This document shows, one piece after another, positions 10,310 through 22,110 of a stretch of 64,000 nt of DNA (positions within the stretch are counted from its first letter, which is position 1; each line of letters begins with the position of its first letter). Origin of the DNA: Octopus sinensis (taxonomy: Eukaryota); the NCBI RefSeq assembly GCF_006345805.1, contig NC_043004.1, positions 31,620,001 to 31,684,000 of the forward strand, given 5' to 3'. The position numbers and the translations under genes were made by a program. The notes under the pieces are model-generated. The model searched no databases. It worked only from the letters and a program-made list of their open reading frames with translations, and had not been told where the DNA came from.

Positions 10310-13300
10310 CCCCCCGCGGGGAAATTATTATTATATTTTGTGGCTTCTTGAAGCCAATTTTGTGGAAATGGAAACATCATTGTTTTCCTACTCACCTGTG
10401 TCGGAAGCAGGTAATCAAAGCATTTCACCGGCGAGGACGCCAAGAAAATCAAACTTTGTGGAGGAAAAGAAATCTCCAGCGATATCGCCTAAAAAATTCG
10501 CATAGGCAGCCGGTAGGAAAGAGATACAAATAAACACAGAGAAAAATAACCTACAAAGGTATATGTCGATGCTTAAAAAAGAGGAGACCGTAATTCAAGT
10601 GGCCACCTCGGAAGAAACAACGGACACGATAAACAGGAAGAGAATAATATACAAAACGTATAACGTTGGAAAGAAGGGAATCTTCAAAACAGAGGAAGAA
10701 AAAATAGAGAAGTGCCTCAGATGTATTTGGCCTTACATAACATACATAAATCGAGGCAAACGATTTGGAACAGTAGAAGTATGGTTTAAGTCAGAAGAAA
10801 TTGCGAAGAGGTACTCCTCAGGGATCCTTACAACGGAGGAAGTAGTTCTTCTTCACATATATATGGGAAGAAGAACGTCAAAAGTAAAAATAAGCAACAT
10901 CCCACCAGAGGTTGACGCTACATGTTTAGTAGCAGCCATCACGATGGGCCTGGAGGAAAAGATATCTACACTCCAGGCCTTTGTGGAAAAAGAAGAAAAC
11001 TGGAAGAGACAATACTTAAAAATGCAAATACAAGCAGAAGTCCAAACCCTGGAAGAGATCCCAGAAATAATAAATATAGGAGGAGAAGAGAAATTAATTG
11101 TCTTTGTTGAGGGCAGAAAACCCAGATGTTTTAACTGCGGGCTGAAAGGTCACATCAGGGCGGAATGCAAACCTGAAGGACAAAAAAAAAAAAAAAAAAA
11201 ACCCCAGAAGAGTAACAGTTTAAACGCCAGCACCAATAATACCGATATTGACAGAAGAGAGTGAAGAGAAAGACACAGAAGAGGGGTGGTCGATTATGTC
11301 TAAAAATAAGAGGAAAAAAACACAGACCACCCCTACCAAGCTGAATTTTAAAAAGAAAAAAGAGCAAGAAAATGAGTCAAATTACATGGCCATTAAGGTA
11401 TCTAACAACAGATTAATCAACCGTTTGGCAGTTATTTCATCTGCCAAACGAGTTGAAAATACAAAATCAAAAGACTTTTTAATATACAGTATAGGCCGGA
11501 AGGATTACGGACGGATTAAGTCCGAATTCTTTCACGACGTAGCCCCCCTCAGAATGGATTTTCCTCCATATATTTATGAGGGCCTACGTCCAAATATCCC
11601 ACAAGCCCCGGAAAAGGATAAAGAAAAAGAAGAGAAAAAAGAAGGAATATCGAACCACTGATACAGGGGTAAGGGATGTTGAGCATTCATGTAGGTTGTC
11701 TAAATGTGCGTGGCCTGGGTTCGAGCTGGAAGCAAGGCCGCCTCCTTAACGACATCACGTCTCATAATCTGAATGTCATTGTTGCTACAGAAACTCTGTT
11801 TAGGGGGCCAAGAGATCTGCTCCCGCTGTTGGACGGCTACGAGAGTTTTTTCTCTCCATGCGGTCCTTCTATTGGAAGCGGAGTGTTGGTCCTGTTAAAA
11901 AGAAACCGGGTTTCTGAAAAAAAAAAAAACGTGGTTTTTTCAGATCCAGAAGTTAGGCTGGTCGTCATGGACGTGACGTTCAGCTGTGGTAAAGTTATCA
12001 GACTGGTTGCAATTTACGCACCTACATCAACCGGGCTAAGGTGAATATTTTCGGAATCTAGAGAAGTTTATTGGTACATCACATACTTTAGTTGTGCTAA
12101 GAGACAATAACACAATTTACGAGGCACGCGAAGATTATGTTGGCTCGTGTAAAAATAGAAAAGGTAATCCCTGCTTCCTGGAACTGCTAAGTCGCTTTGA
12201 GCTAGCAGATCCTTATAGGTTGGAATTTCCGAACGCTCCATTGTGCACTTGGTCAAACAGTGACGGATCTTCCAGGTCATACCTAGATAGAATGCTAATT
12301 AGAAAATCAGATAGAAATATAGCTAGGTGTCCACAGTTTCATCTGGTCAGCTACAGTGATCATAAAATGGTCACCTGTAAGCTTGACATAGATAAGTTAC
12401 AGAATAGAGACTCCGGCTACTGGAAACTTAATACGTCCCTTTTGACGATTAAGGAGTACAGAGACCGGATTAAGTTGATGATTCAGAGGGCATTAACCGG
12501 TTCCATTATAAATAATAAATGGTGGTATGTTCTCAAGCGAGCTATTAAATTCGAATTTATTAGATATAGCATAAATTTAGTGGCTAGAGAGGCTAGGAAG
12601 GAATTAGCTTTAGTTAAGGATTTAGAGGAAGCAATGAAAACTGGCTCTGCGACTCAAGTGATGGCCAAGAGACTGGTGTTAAACCAACACCTCGAAGCCA
12701 AACACATGGGTTGCATTGTCAGGGCTAGGCTTCGTGCAGTGGGTTGTGAGGGAATCAAGGCCGCAGGATGGGCCCGAGTGGTGGAAGCCCAATGTGGTAA
12801 TGATGTCACAATACGATCCTTGACGAACCGAGGTAAGTTGAAAGACGAGCCAGAGATGTGTGAGGCTTTTCAAGAGCACTTCACCCAGCTTTTCGGTGGG
12901 GGCAGCGGGCCGGATAGTAGGAGTGACCTAACGGACTTCCTCGCCGGGCTGCCGCGCGTATCGAGGCAGGATGCGGAGTGCTATGAAGGGCCGATCACAC
13001 CTGAGGGGGTAATTGGGGCCATGGCAGACTGCGACACGGGTAAGGCGCCAGGACTGGATGGCCTACCCTATGAGCATGCCAGACTTGTTCGAGCACCTGC
13101 TGGCGAATGTTTATGCGAACTGGCAGCAGAACAGGTTTATTCCCAAATCTGTGCGCCGGGAAGTGGTGACGCTTGTCAGAAAGGACCCGGACAAGGGGGA
13201 TTCCGTTGATAATTTTCGACCCATCACTCTGCTAAATGCAGAGTTGAAGATTTTGGCCAAAGTGTTATCGAAAAGATTGGGTTGACCATCGCTACCTGGA

Positions 13301-14014
13301 GTCCGTTCTGGCGCAGTTCGGCCTGGGTCTTGTCTTCCTCAGGTGGATCATTCAGATTTACGATAACATCGACTCGGTGGTTCGGGTGAACGGCTTCATA
13401 TCGAGGCCGTTCAACATCAAACGCTCGGTTCGTCAAGGGTGTCCGCACTCCCCGCTTTTGTACGTGAAGGCTCTTGAGTCATTACTGCGAAAATTGAGCG
13501 GCATCCCGAGACTCTGAACAACTTTCAGAAGTCTCTGGCATGGCAGTGTTACCGAGGAGCTTTACCTGTTCGGGACAAGCTCACAAGGCATGGTGGCCGT
13601 GGCCCTGCGACCTGTCCAAGATGTGGGCGGGATAGAGAAACCGTCCCGCACGCTATCGTTCAGTGTTCGGAGGTGTTAAACGTGTAGGTTTATGCTGAAC
13701 AACTGTTGTCAAGTGCAGGAAGAGTACAGTTATCGACTGAGTCTATAATAAAAACTGACCCGCACGATTTCCTTTCGAAAGAAGGTAAGAATTGTTTTCT
13801 CAATGTAGTAGCAATTGCGAGAGGGGTGGTTTGGGAGACGAGGCAGAAAGGGTTAATCTCAGGCACTTTCATCTCTGGCTCTGGATTGGTGAACTACTTC
13901 ACCTTTCACCTTAAAAGGAAAATAGAGCTAGAGAGAAAATGGCTGACAGTGAAAATGTTCGAAAACCGTTGGAAGAATGTAGCACGGATGTTGCAGGTGA
14001 ATGTGACCGCATGA
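10310..14014 (+). mobile_element. Tx1/L1-clade LINE, ORF1 + ORF2, inactive
   Basis: ORF1 10563-11661 has a CCHC knuckle (CFNCGLKGHIRAEC) and a frameshift in a poly-A run. ORF2 from 11676: APE (GCLNVRGL..VATET..SYSDHKMV), RT (GKAPGLDGLP, FRPITLLNAELKILAK, RQGCP.SPLLY) and C-terminal CPRC..ETVPHAIVQC. The YADD segment is deleted. The 5' boundary is approximate. Confidence 0.9.
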
Positions 14015-14171
14015 ATGCAATACAGTACGTATCACAGGTATCATTGAATTTAACACGTGTTCCAATTATTTTGTCCAACCCTGTATATAGTTTGGAGCAG
14101 AGCACACCGTGCATTTTCTCTGTTGAAACGTTTATCAAGCATAATGAAAGGAAGGGAATGTTAGGAGCACC

Positions 14172-14210
<39 letters not shown>

Positions 14211-14229
14211 CATGAAAGAAGTAAATAGA

Positions 14230-15310
14230 CACCCTTATAATCATTAAAATTTATTCAAATCTGAAATTATACATTCAAATTATATGTTAGTTGCTATAAT
14301 GTGAACATTTAATATTTAGTAGACATGCTCTTTACCTTTTTCAATGCAATGGCCCTAATAGGTATGTTACTGATCAGATGGTAAATATTCTCTTGCGGAA
14401 TTTCTTGCTAAGTTCCATGCAATAATCTCAAAAGATCTGGCTCTGAAGATGCTTTCTTGTTGTGTTCATGAAATGTCCTGTCCATTATGCCCCAGAGGTG
14501 TTGTTCTATAGGGTTCATATCTGGTGACTGGCTTGGCTATGGAAGCTTTCTAATGCCATTCTTTTCCAACAAATCTTGAGTAATTTTAACCGTATGACAA
14601 GGAATCCCATCTTCCATAAATAGAGAGTCTTCTTTAATCATTTCACCACTGGAGAAGTTTGGAAGGAGTCCTTTCTGCAATATGGACACATATTTATTTG
14701 AGTTTATCTTTCCCTCACACTCCACAAGCTCTGATCAACCATTGCTCCAAGTTGTTCCCCAGAACATAACAGAATAGCTGCCGTGTTTCATTACTGGTTG
14801 CAATCTTTTCTCATCAAATTCTTGATCACAAAGTCTCCAGACCCAAACTCGACCACTGCTAAGAAATACAGCAAATTTGGACTCATCAGAGAATATGACA
14901 ATGTCCCAAAATGCTAATGGCCTCTCCACCATCTCACTGGCCCAATCTTTTCTTCGCTTTATATTGTCTGATCAAAGATGTGGCTTCCTTCTTCCTGCTC
15001 TGCCATAGTAACCAAGTTTGTGGAGATACCTGACAGCTGTTCTGGGACTGACATCAACTTGCTCTGCTATGTCAGAGGTCTTGCAACGAGGATTATCCGC
15101 CACACTTCTCTTAGCAAAGAGAAGGGTCCTGTCAGAGGGCCCTGGTTGATCTAGACAAGGTGATGTGGACTCCTTCCCCTCTCTGGTGAATTGCACAATC
15201 ACTCTGTTAATTGTAGAAAGCGGGACCCCAAGTTTTTCTGCGATTTTACGCTGACTATATCCACCTTCAGAATGACCCACAATACGGCCTCTGAAATTCA
15301 GACAGTTCCA
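14230..15310 (-). mobile_element. Tc1-family (DD34E) transposase relic
   Basis: HTH ([19 protein letters not shown]), VIFSDESKF, VMFWG, FMEDGIPCH and SPDMNPIE, split by frameshifts and stops. TIRs not confidently paired. Confidence 0.88.
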
Positions 15311-15910
15311 AGGCTTCTTTTGTACATGGCATGATTAAACAGACACATATAGAATCTGAAACATAAAAATGTCAATAAGAAATATAAACCTTTACAAGTT
15401 AGAATAAACAAAAAATGATGTTTTATGATGTGTCTAGTTACTTCTAACATGTGTACGTATATATACATGCATATATAGACTGAAAGAAATTGTAAAAATG
15501 ACATCAAAGTGAAAACTAGTGTGATTACGTATTAATTTAACGTTTGATAGCATGTAAGAAAGGATATATAAGTGTCTTTGACGCTTCAAACTTAAATTCT
15601 TCAGATTGTTTGACGGAAGGAAAAAAGTAGAAAAGGAGAGAAACAGGAATAATGGGGAAAGTGTTTTAGCCTTTATCCCCTTTTCTTTTACTTGCTGAGT
15701 CCGAAGGGAATAATATTGCTCATGACTAATGGCCGTCCTCCGAGAACAGCGAGTTTGGAGCAATTTGGATTTCGTTTAAAATGCTGCAGGGTAACAGCTG
15801 CAAGAAAGACATGAACAAAAAGAAAATCCCAGAAATCTTCAGTTTTTCTAAACCCTGTAAAAGAACTCAGAAGGTTGGGCCTGCAGTCAGGCCTTTCGCG
15901 ATACTCTTAA

Positions 15911-15938
15911 AGCCAGGAACTTTTCAGCACCCCTCGTA
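15911..15938. mobile_element. Orphan mariner-type TIR
   Basis: Reverse complement TACGAGGGGTGCTGAAAAGTTCCTGGCT resembles the TIRs of the mariner at 56704-58062. Confidence 0.55.
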
Positions 15939-16112
15939 GACTTGTTCTTCTTTTTGGTCAAACGCGTACGTTGTTTAGAGAGCGGGATTGGCTCTGTATT
16001 TGATCTTTCCTCACTTAAAAATGCTCCAGGTACAGACATCGTTTAATATTCAATATTTCTATTATGTGTTGATTTATTGTGGCTGACCATAGCCGAAATA
16101 GGTAAAGAACAC

Positions 16113-16456
16113 GGGCATTTGGCGTAGTGGTTAAGAGTGCGGGCCACTAACCCCAAAATTCCGAGTTCGATTCCAAGCAGTGACTGAACAGCAGCAGCAG
16201 CAGCAGCAGCAACAACAACAACAACAACAAGAGCAGCAGCAGCAACAACAACAACAACAACAACAACAGCAGTAACAACAACAACATCGAAAAATACCTT
16301 AGGAATGAGAACCCAGGTTCGAAATTTTCCCAAGACACCTGAAGAAAGCTGGAGAGTATATCAGCCGAAACGTTGTGTTAAGAACAAACAAGATGAGGAG
16401 AAATGTCCGTCAAATGTAAATAATGTACATAATTCCTCATCTCTTAAATATAGAAC
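16113..16456 (+). mobile_element. tRNA-headed element with (CAG/CAA)n spacer and hammerhead-bearing tail
   Basis: A-box TGGCGTAGTGG (16120-30), B-box GTTCGATTC (16165-73), microsatellite 16189-16285, tail 16288-16456 homologous to 56873-57124. Confidence 0.75.
16334..16379 (+). ncRNA. Minimal type I hammerhead motif (Penelope-style)
   Basis: GACAC-CTGAAGA-A-AGCTG..CAGCC-GAAA-CGTT-GTGTT: stem I GACAC/GTGTT, helix II GCTG/CAGC, loopless palindromic helix III (ACGT). The first helix II pair is mismatched in this copy. Confidence 0.7.
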
Positions 16457-18857
16457 AGAATATATTCATGTTATGTCACAAGCTTTTCCTTCAATTAACC
16501 TTATATGTTAACGCATTACCTCCTATAATAAATAGGCTATGATTTATTACAAACGTCTCGCGAATTCCTCTTTTCTTGTATTTACGTACAAGATGGTGAT
16601 CTCTCTTTCTCTCATACTCATTAAATTATAGTGTGTCATTTAATCGACATTACAACTATAAAATGGTAACCCTGACATCTCTATAGACTCTTTGTATAAA
16701 TGAATGTAAAGGGAATTTAAAGACACGACAGTGAAGTACTATGCCCACTTCTTCAAAAATAGAAAGTAAAATTTATTTTTAACCAGGTACAAAGGTGTTA
16801 TACAGAGGAATTAATTTTTGATTGCAACGTTCATATCTAGGAATATTTAATAATCGAAATGTGCCTTGCGTTCTCGTGAGTCACTGCTGAGATCATTTTT
16901 ACCACGTTCTGGTATATAATGATAAAGAAATATTTGTGGTTTGGTTAAGAGATGATAAATGAACAAAAAGTCTATGTGAAGTTCCAGGTATAAAATATTT
17001 ATTTATCATTGACAAAGATGCTGTCATTACGTCGAAAGACAGAAATTAGATATTTACACCAAGCGAAGCAGTTCAACAGTCGTATGAGATGTATGTGTAA
17101 GCAATGTCAGTAAATTGTAGCAGCCTTCGTTGACTGAACTGAATTCGTCGGCATCGTCGCATTCTGCAGCCGATGTTAAGTGATGTAGACTTTTTTAGCT
17201 AGCTGGCTTAAGCTGTATTACGACCACTGTCGTTGTCGTCATCGTCGCCACCGCCGTCAATGTTGAGTGGTGTAAATTCGAGCAGTTGTTAGTTTTTACT
17301 GGGTTACTACCACTGGTTAGTAAGCTAATAAACAAACTATATACATAGCTAATACCTATCAAAGAAAGGGCGTCAAAGACAAATTTGTTAATGATATTTT
17401 AATGTTGTTAATATATATATATATAAACATTTCTTGTTTACAATACTACGAGGTAGATATTTGTCTGGTTTATTATATTTTGCTGGTCAGCAAAGCTATT
17501 AATTAAAGCAAATTCTTGATGTTTCAAGCAGATTTGAGTGGTCAGTTCTTTGCTGGCGTTATCAGTTCTTGACAGAATCCTATCTTTGTTATTTAGTCAT
17601 TGTTTTTATTCGGACACAGTGATTCGGGTTCAATTCCCAGGCAGTGATTTGGTGTTTGGAATTCTGCCAAGTATTCCTGCTACAGATATATAGCATGTTT
17701 TTAACATGTCTATAAAGAGATTTTTCTCTCAGGCAAAAACCACAGCATCGTGCCATTCATTGGTGTATATACATTAACTTTGATACACAGATGGCTGTTT
17801 TAATTTAATGCCGTTTCAACTGCATCCACCGAATTTAACAGTGCATGTGAATAAAACTTGTATCCTCTCGGAATCGAAACCATGTTAACGATTGAACAAT
17901 TTATAGAATATATATAGTGACTTAATCCATCTTTTGTTCTCTTGTACTTCTCCAATACCAATGGAATAATGGTTTCTTGCTTAAACACTTCTTGTAGGAG
18001 AGAAAATGTAATGTTGTAACATTCACACTTTTGGCATAGTCAGGTTAATTTAAGCAAACTAGCTTCGACTGGAAATAAAAGTCAAATCGCAGACTAGCTT
18101 ACCGGAAGCTATGTTCTACGGCTTTCATCACTTTATGTGTTTGGAATCATACTATAAAGATATTTCTCCTCTTTCTCGTGTACATTTTATATGTTGAAGT
18201 AGCCGCAACCTTTTGATATCTATTTGTGTTTAAATGTTTCCATAAAAGATCCGCAACTGTTATTTTAAAATCCATATAATTTCTTTCAGTGATAATTATC
18301 AGACAGTCAAATACTTACTTCTGATGCTGTATTATACAAAACGTATAAATGTCAGCTCTCTGGTTCTTATTCTTTTACAGTTTTTCGAATCATCTTAGTC
18401 AGTAGGTAGTCTCTCGATATTTATTAAGGAAAGGAGAGTAACATAACGAAGCAGAGTTTCGATTCTTCATAAGAGCCATTCTGTATTATTCACACTACCA
18501 ATAACTTTTGGCAAAAGCTTGAACATCACAACTTGTATTTTAACCTTCCCTATAAATCTGAAGCATTACACTTATTTAAGACATCATTTATCTGGGTAAA
18601 TTTTGACACCGTAATCTGCAATTTGGCTGCGACTTCCAGTTAATGTAATTTCATTTAACTTGATGCCGTCTTTACTTTTGAGAATGACATGAAAGTGTAG
18701 CGAACTCTGGTGAACTTCCTCTCTCTCTCTATTATATATAAGTACATGCGAATGTAGTAGGTAACAGCTAATCTTTGGACGCTGTTTTGGACCCCGTTGT
18801 ATCTACCATTCCGATTGGTTGGTATTGGTGCAGTTTGTCTCTTACTTTTATTTTTTT

Positions 18858-19263
18858 ATCGCTCACGAGGGGCTAAACATAGAGGGAACAAACAAGGATA
18901 GACAAGGGTATAAAGTCGATTACATCGACCCTAGTGCGTAACTGGTACTTAATTTATCAACCTCGAAAGGATGAAAGGCAAAGTCGACCTCGGCAGAATT
19001 TGAACTCAGAACGTAACGACAGACGAAATACCTATTTCTTTACTACCCACAAGGGGCTAAACACAGAAGGGACAAACAAGGACAGACAAACGGATTAAGT
19101 CGATTATATCGACCCCAGTGCGTAACTGGTACTTATTTAATCGACCCCGAAAGGATGAAAGGCAAAGTCGACCTCGGCAGAATTTGAACTCAGGACGTAA
19201 CGGCAGACGAAATGCCGCTAGACATTTCGCCCGGCGTGCTAACGTTTCTGCCAGCTCGCCGCC
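18858..19263 (-). mobile_element. Family A SINE partial dimer (full unit 19263-19031 + 5'-truncated unit 19030-18858)
   Basis: Both units share GTTCTGAGTTCAAATTCTGCCGAGGTCGACTTTGCC and the TTTGT.CC.TCT.TGTTTAGCCCC tail. Confidence 0.88.
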
Positions 19264-19270
19264 TTACTCT

Positions 19271-19720
19271 ATCGCACGCCAAAAGGCAACCCAACCAATC
19301 GCATTCAAATAAGTTACGTGAGACAGCCCGTTCCAAACAAGCATTTGAGCCTACCATCAGCTATAAAAGTTCACCTCTTCCTAGGCTCGACTTAAGTTAG
19401 TTTCAGACTTTCTAAGGTCTAACCACTAACCACATTGCAGCGACCTCCATCTTCGTCGCCACCACTGATGTCTCTCACCAACGTCGTCGACAACATCTAC
19501 GCAGCACCAACACACTGCACTGGTTCTAACACATCGCTGTTCGTGAGCTTCTCACCAGGGTTAACAGCTAACATACAACCCACGCAGATGCATGTAGATA
19601 TATGAACAAATGTACATCAACCGCTTCCATTCAGCTTGTGTATATATGCGTGTGACCACAATAAACGTATTTAACGTTATCATCTTGTTCCATGTATTTT
19701 TTTACCGGGTTCTTACCACG
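19271..19720 (+). mobile_element. Possible solo LTR
   Basis: CCAAT 19295, TATAAAAG 19362, AATAAA 19660, end TTACCAC(G); the TG...CA termini are imperfect and no TSD was found. Confidence 0.4.
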
Positions 19721-20626
19721 ATAAAATTACAGCCTTCTGAGCGGAGTCTCATTAGATGACACCACAACCTATAACACTTAAAAAAGTAACAATATGTCTC
19801 CAAATGCATCTAAAATCGACACTTTATATATTCATAAGGAATCAATAGCTTTTGTCTTGGTGGAATATTTGAAGCGAAAATAGAGAGAAACGAACAACAG
19901 TTTCCGGATGTTCATTTCAGTATAGTGTCTCGAAATTCCCCGTTGAAATTCTATTGGTTTCAATTAAATAAGAGTCCATACGGTAAAAATTTGTCTTTAA
20001 GACTAGAATAATTAATAAAGCTTGTTATTAAATACAAAATGGGTTCCTGTTTCTAAAACACCAACTGTCAAACTTTCGACTACATTATGTTTAGTGAGTC
20101 ACCACTTACCTCTTTATGATGTTCGCTTGGATTTAAATTCACAGAATATAGATATTCACAAAATATAGATATGACATTTGTTGGATTACCAGCAGACAGT
20201 TTGTGTGTTCACTCTCACAGTTGACCCATTGTGTGTTTAAGGACATTTGATTAACATGCTCCAGTTTGCTGTTGGCAACATAAGACCCACAAAAACTTCC
20301 AATATCTTCTAGGGATGTTAATTGCGATCCAGCAAGATGCGTAAATATCTATTGTTTAATCGTCTGACACGACAGAACTAGAAGAAAAAAACTGATTCTT
20401 TGAACTCATGTCAATAGTAAAGATATTTATTAATTAACAATCGAGATTTTGCATGCAAACTTTTGAATGCAAACTTTTGAATGAAAAGAAAAGAATAGAA
20501 AAAGAAGCAAAACAAATTTCAATTGTTATAGAATTCTGTTTACAAGGAACCAAAGGGAATTTAAAACTTCAAATATTAAAATAAACGACTATGTACAATC
20601 TTTAAAAAAAGTCGTAGCGAAATTTA

Positions 20627-22110
20627 TCTATTTTATATATTAAAAGGCAAGTTGTCTGTCTGTGCGTGTGTTGTGTGAACCACCTCTACTCCTACAATTT
20701 TCAATCGAATTTCACCAAATTTGACGTGTGCTCTCGTTGACTTCGGACGCTTTTTCTTATAATTTTTTCCTCGAAATTCCGCGCCCCCAACATAAATAGA
20801 CTACTCTCAACTCGCCTAGGATTTGGCTTGAGCCAGCGAAAAAACGTGACACACACCCAGCTGGAAAAAAATCAATACTTTACTTTGTCAGCTGTGGCGA
20901 GCTCTTATCGACTGCTTGCATAGTACTGCCAGCAGCATTCATTTGCGAGTTATGATTTGCCTCTGTTTTCACGTGAGCGCTCTTTTTCATATAATTTTCC
21001 CAACTTAAACTAGCCACTTCAGAACTCTTACCCAAAATTAAAAATCCTTAATTCAGTCTGTTTGATTAACATTTTTGCCAACTAGATTTTACTATTTTTT
21101 GGGGTGCTACACATTCACCGCTTTTTTCCTTAGGACTTTTTGTATTGCGTAAACTGATAATTTTCCACCATGCCTCGACGCAAAAGATCCAATATAGGTT
21201 GGCAAACAAATGCTGCAAAGAAAAGTAAACGTATGCGTGAAAATGAATCTGCCGAGGACGCCGCCAGGAGGAACTCTCTCAATGCACTTAGGATAGCTTC
21301 AGCACGAAGAAGGGAAAGTGAAGAGCAGCGTTGAGATCGGTTAGCACGTATTGCTGCGCAACGAGCCGCCCAGACCAACGAGCAACGTGCAGCACGCCGA
21401 ACAAGAAATGCTTCCTCTAGCGCTGATGCACGAGTTTCCGAGACTGCAGCACAATGCGCAGGTCGACTTACAAGAGATGCTTCCTCCACTGCTGTTGCAC
21501 GAGCTGCAGAGACTGCAGCACAATGCGCAGTTCGACTTACAAGAGATGCTGAAGCAGCTGCTGCTGCGCGCGCTAAGGAGACTACAGGGAAAAGACAACA
21601 ACGACTGGAGGCAAAAGGGCTCAGCAAAGAGCTGCACGACGTTCTTACTCAAGGCCATGCTCCTCGCGTTGGTCAATGACAGCATTCAACTACGATCCTA
21701 CAATTGACTACAGTAATCACCCTGACGTTCAAATAGGCTGCATGTCCACAATCTGACAATTTTGCTGAGCTAAAAAGGGCCTAGAGAAATTCCCAGCATG
21801 TGCTGCTCCAACGGTAGGATTACATTACTTCTTCTACAAGATCCTCCAGCCCTTTTTACTGATTTTTTGACCGGGGAGTCTCCATATTCTCATAACTTTC
21901 TCAGGCGGATACGTGCCTAATGACTTCCTTCGGCGCCAACATCATACGAGATGGGCATTCCATGCCTTCCTTTAAAGTGCAGGGGCAGATTTACCATAGA
22001 ATTCGTTCCCTGCAGCTGCATGCCGCTGCTTCAGCTCTACTTCGTGGGAGACTACGCTGACCAGGCATACTTAACAAACAACCCCGAGCAACGCCGGGTA
22101 CGCCTTCTAG
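20627..22110 (+). mobile_element. Internally deleted Helitron (RepHel N-terminus)
   Basis: 5' A|TCTAT..ATAT..AAAAG; 23-aa STPR-like repeats (ETAAQCAGRLTRD); CC.NG.I..LQDPP; PSFKVQGQIYHRI; LQLYFV; 3' hairpin CCCG..CGGG followed by CTAG|T. Confidence 0.85.

Noticed and set aside
14056-14176. Two CCCTGTA-ending motifs as TIRs of the Tc1 relic
   Set aside because: Both face the wrong way to bound the transposase at 14230-15310, and no matching partner end was found.
16113-16185. Functional tRNA gene
   Set aside because: A and B boxes are present, but the acceptor and anticodon stems do not pair properly and the sequence runs into a microsatellite; treated as a SINE head.
16500-18800. AT-rich unique-looking stretch as possible exons of another gene
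   Set aside because: No recognisable protein motif or consistent exon phase could be found by eye.
21130-21707. Ala/Arg/Leu-rich ORFs as a host gene
   Set aside because: They are frames of the Helitron N-terminal STPR-like repeats.
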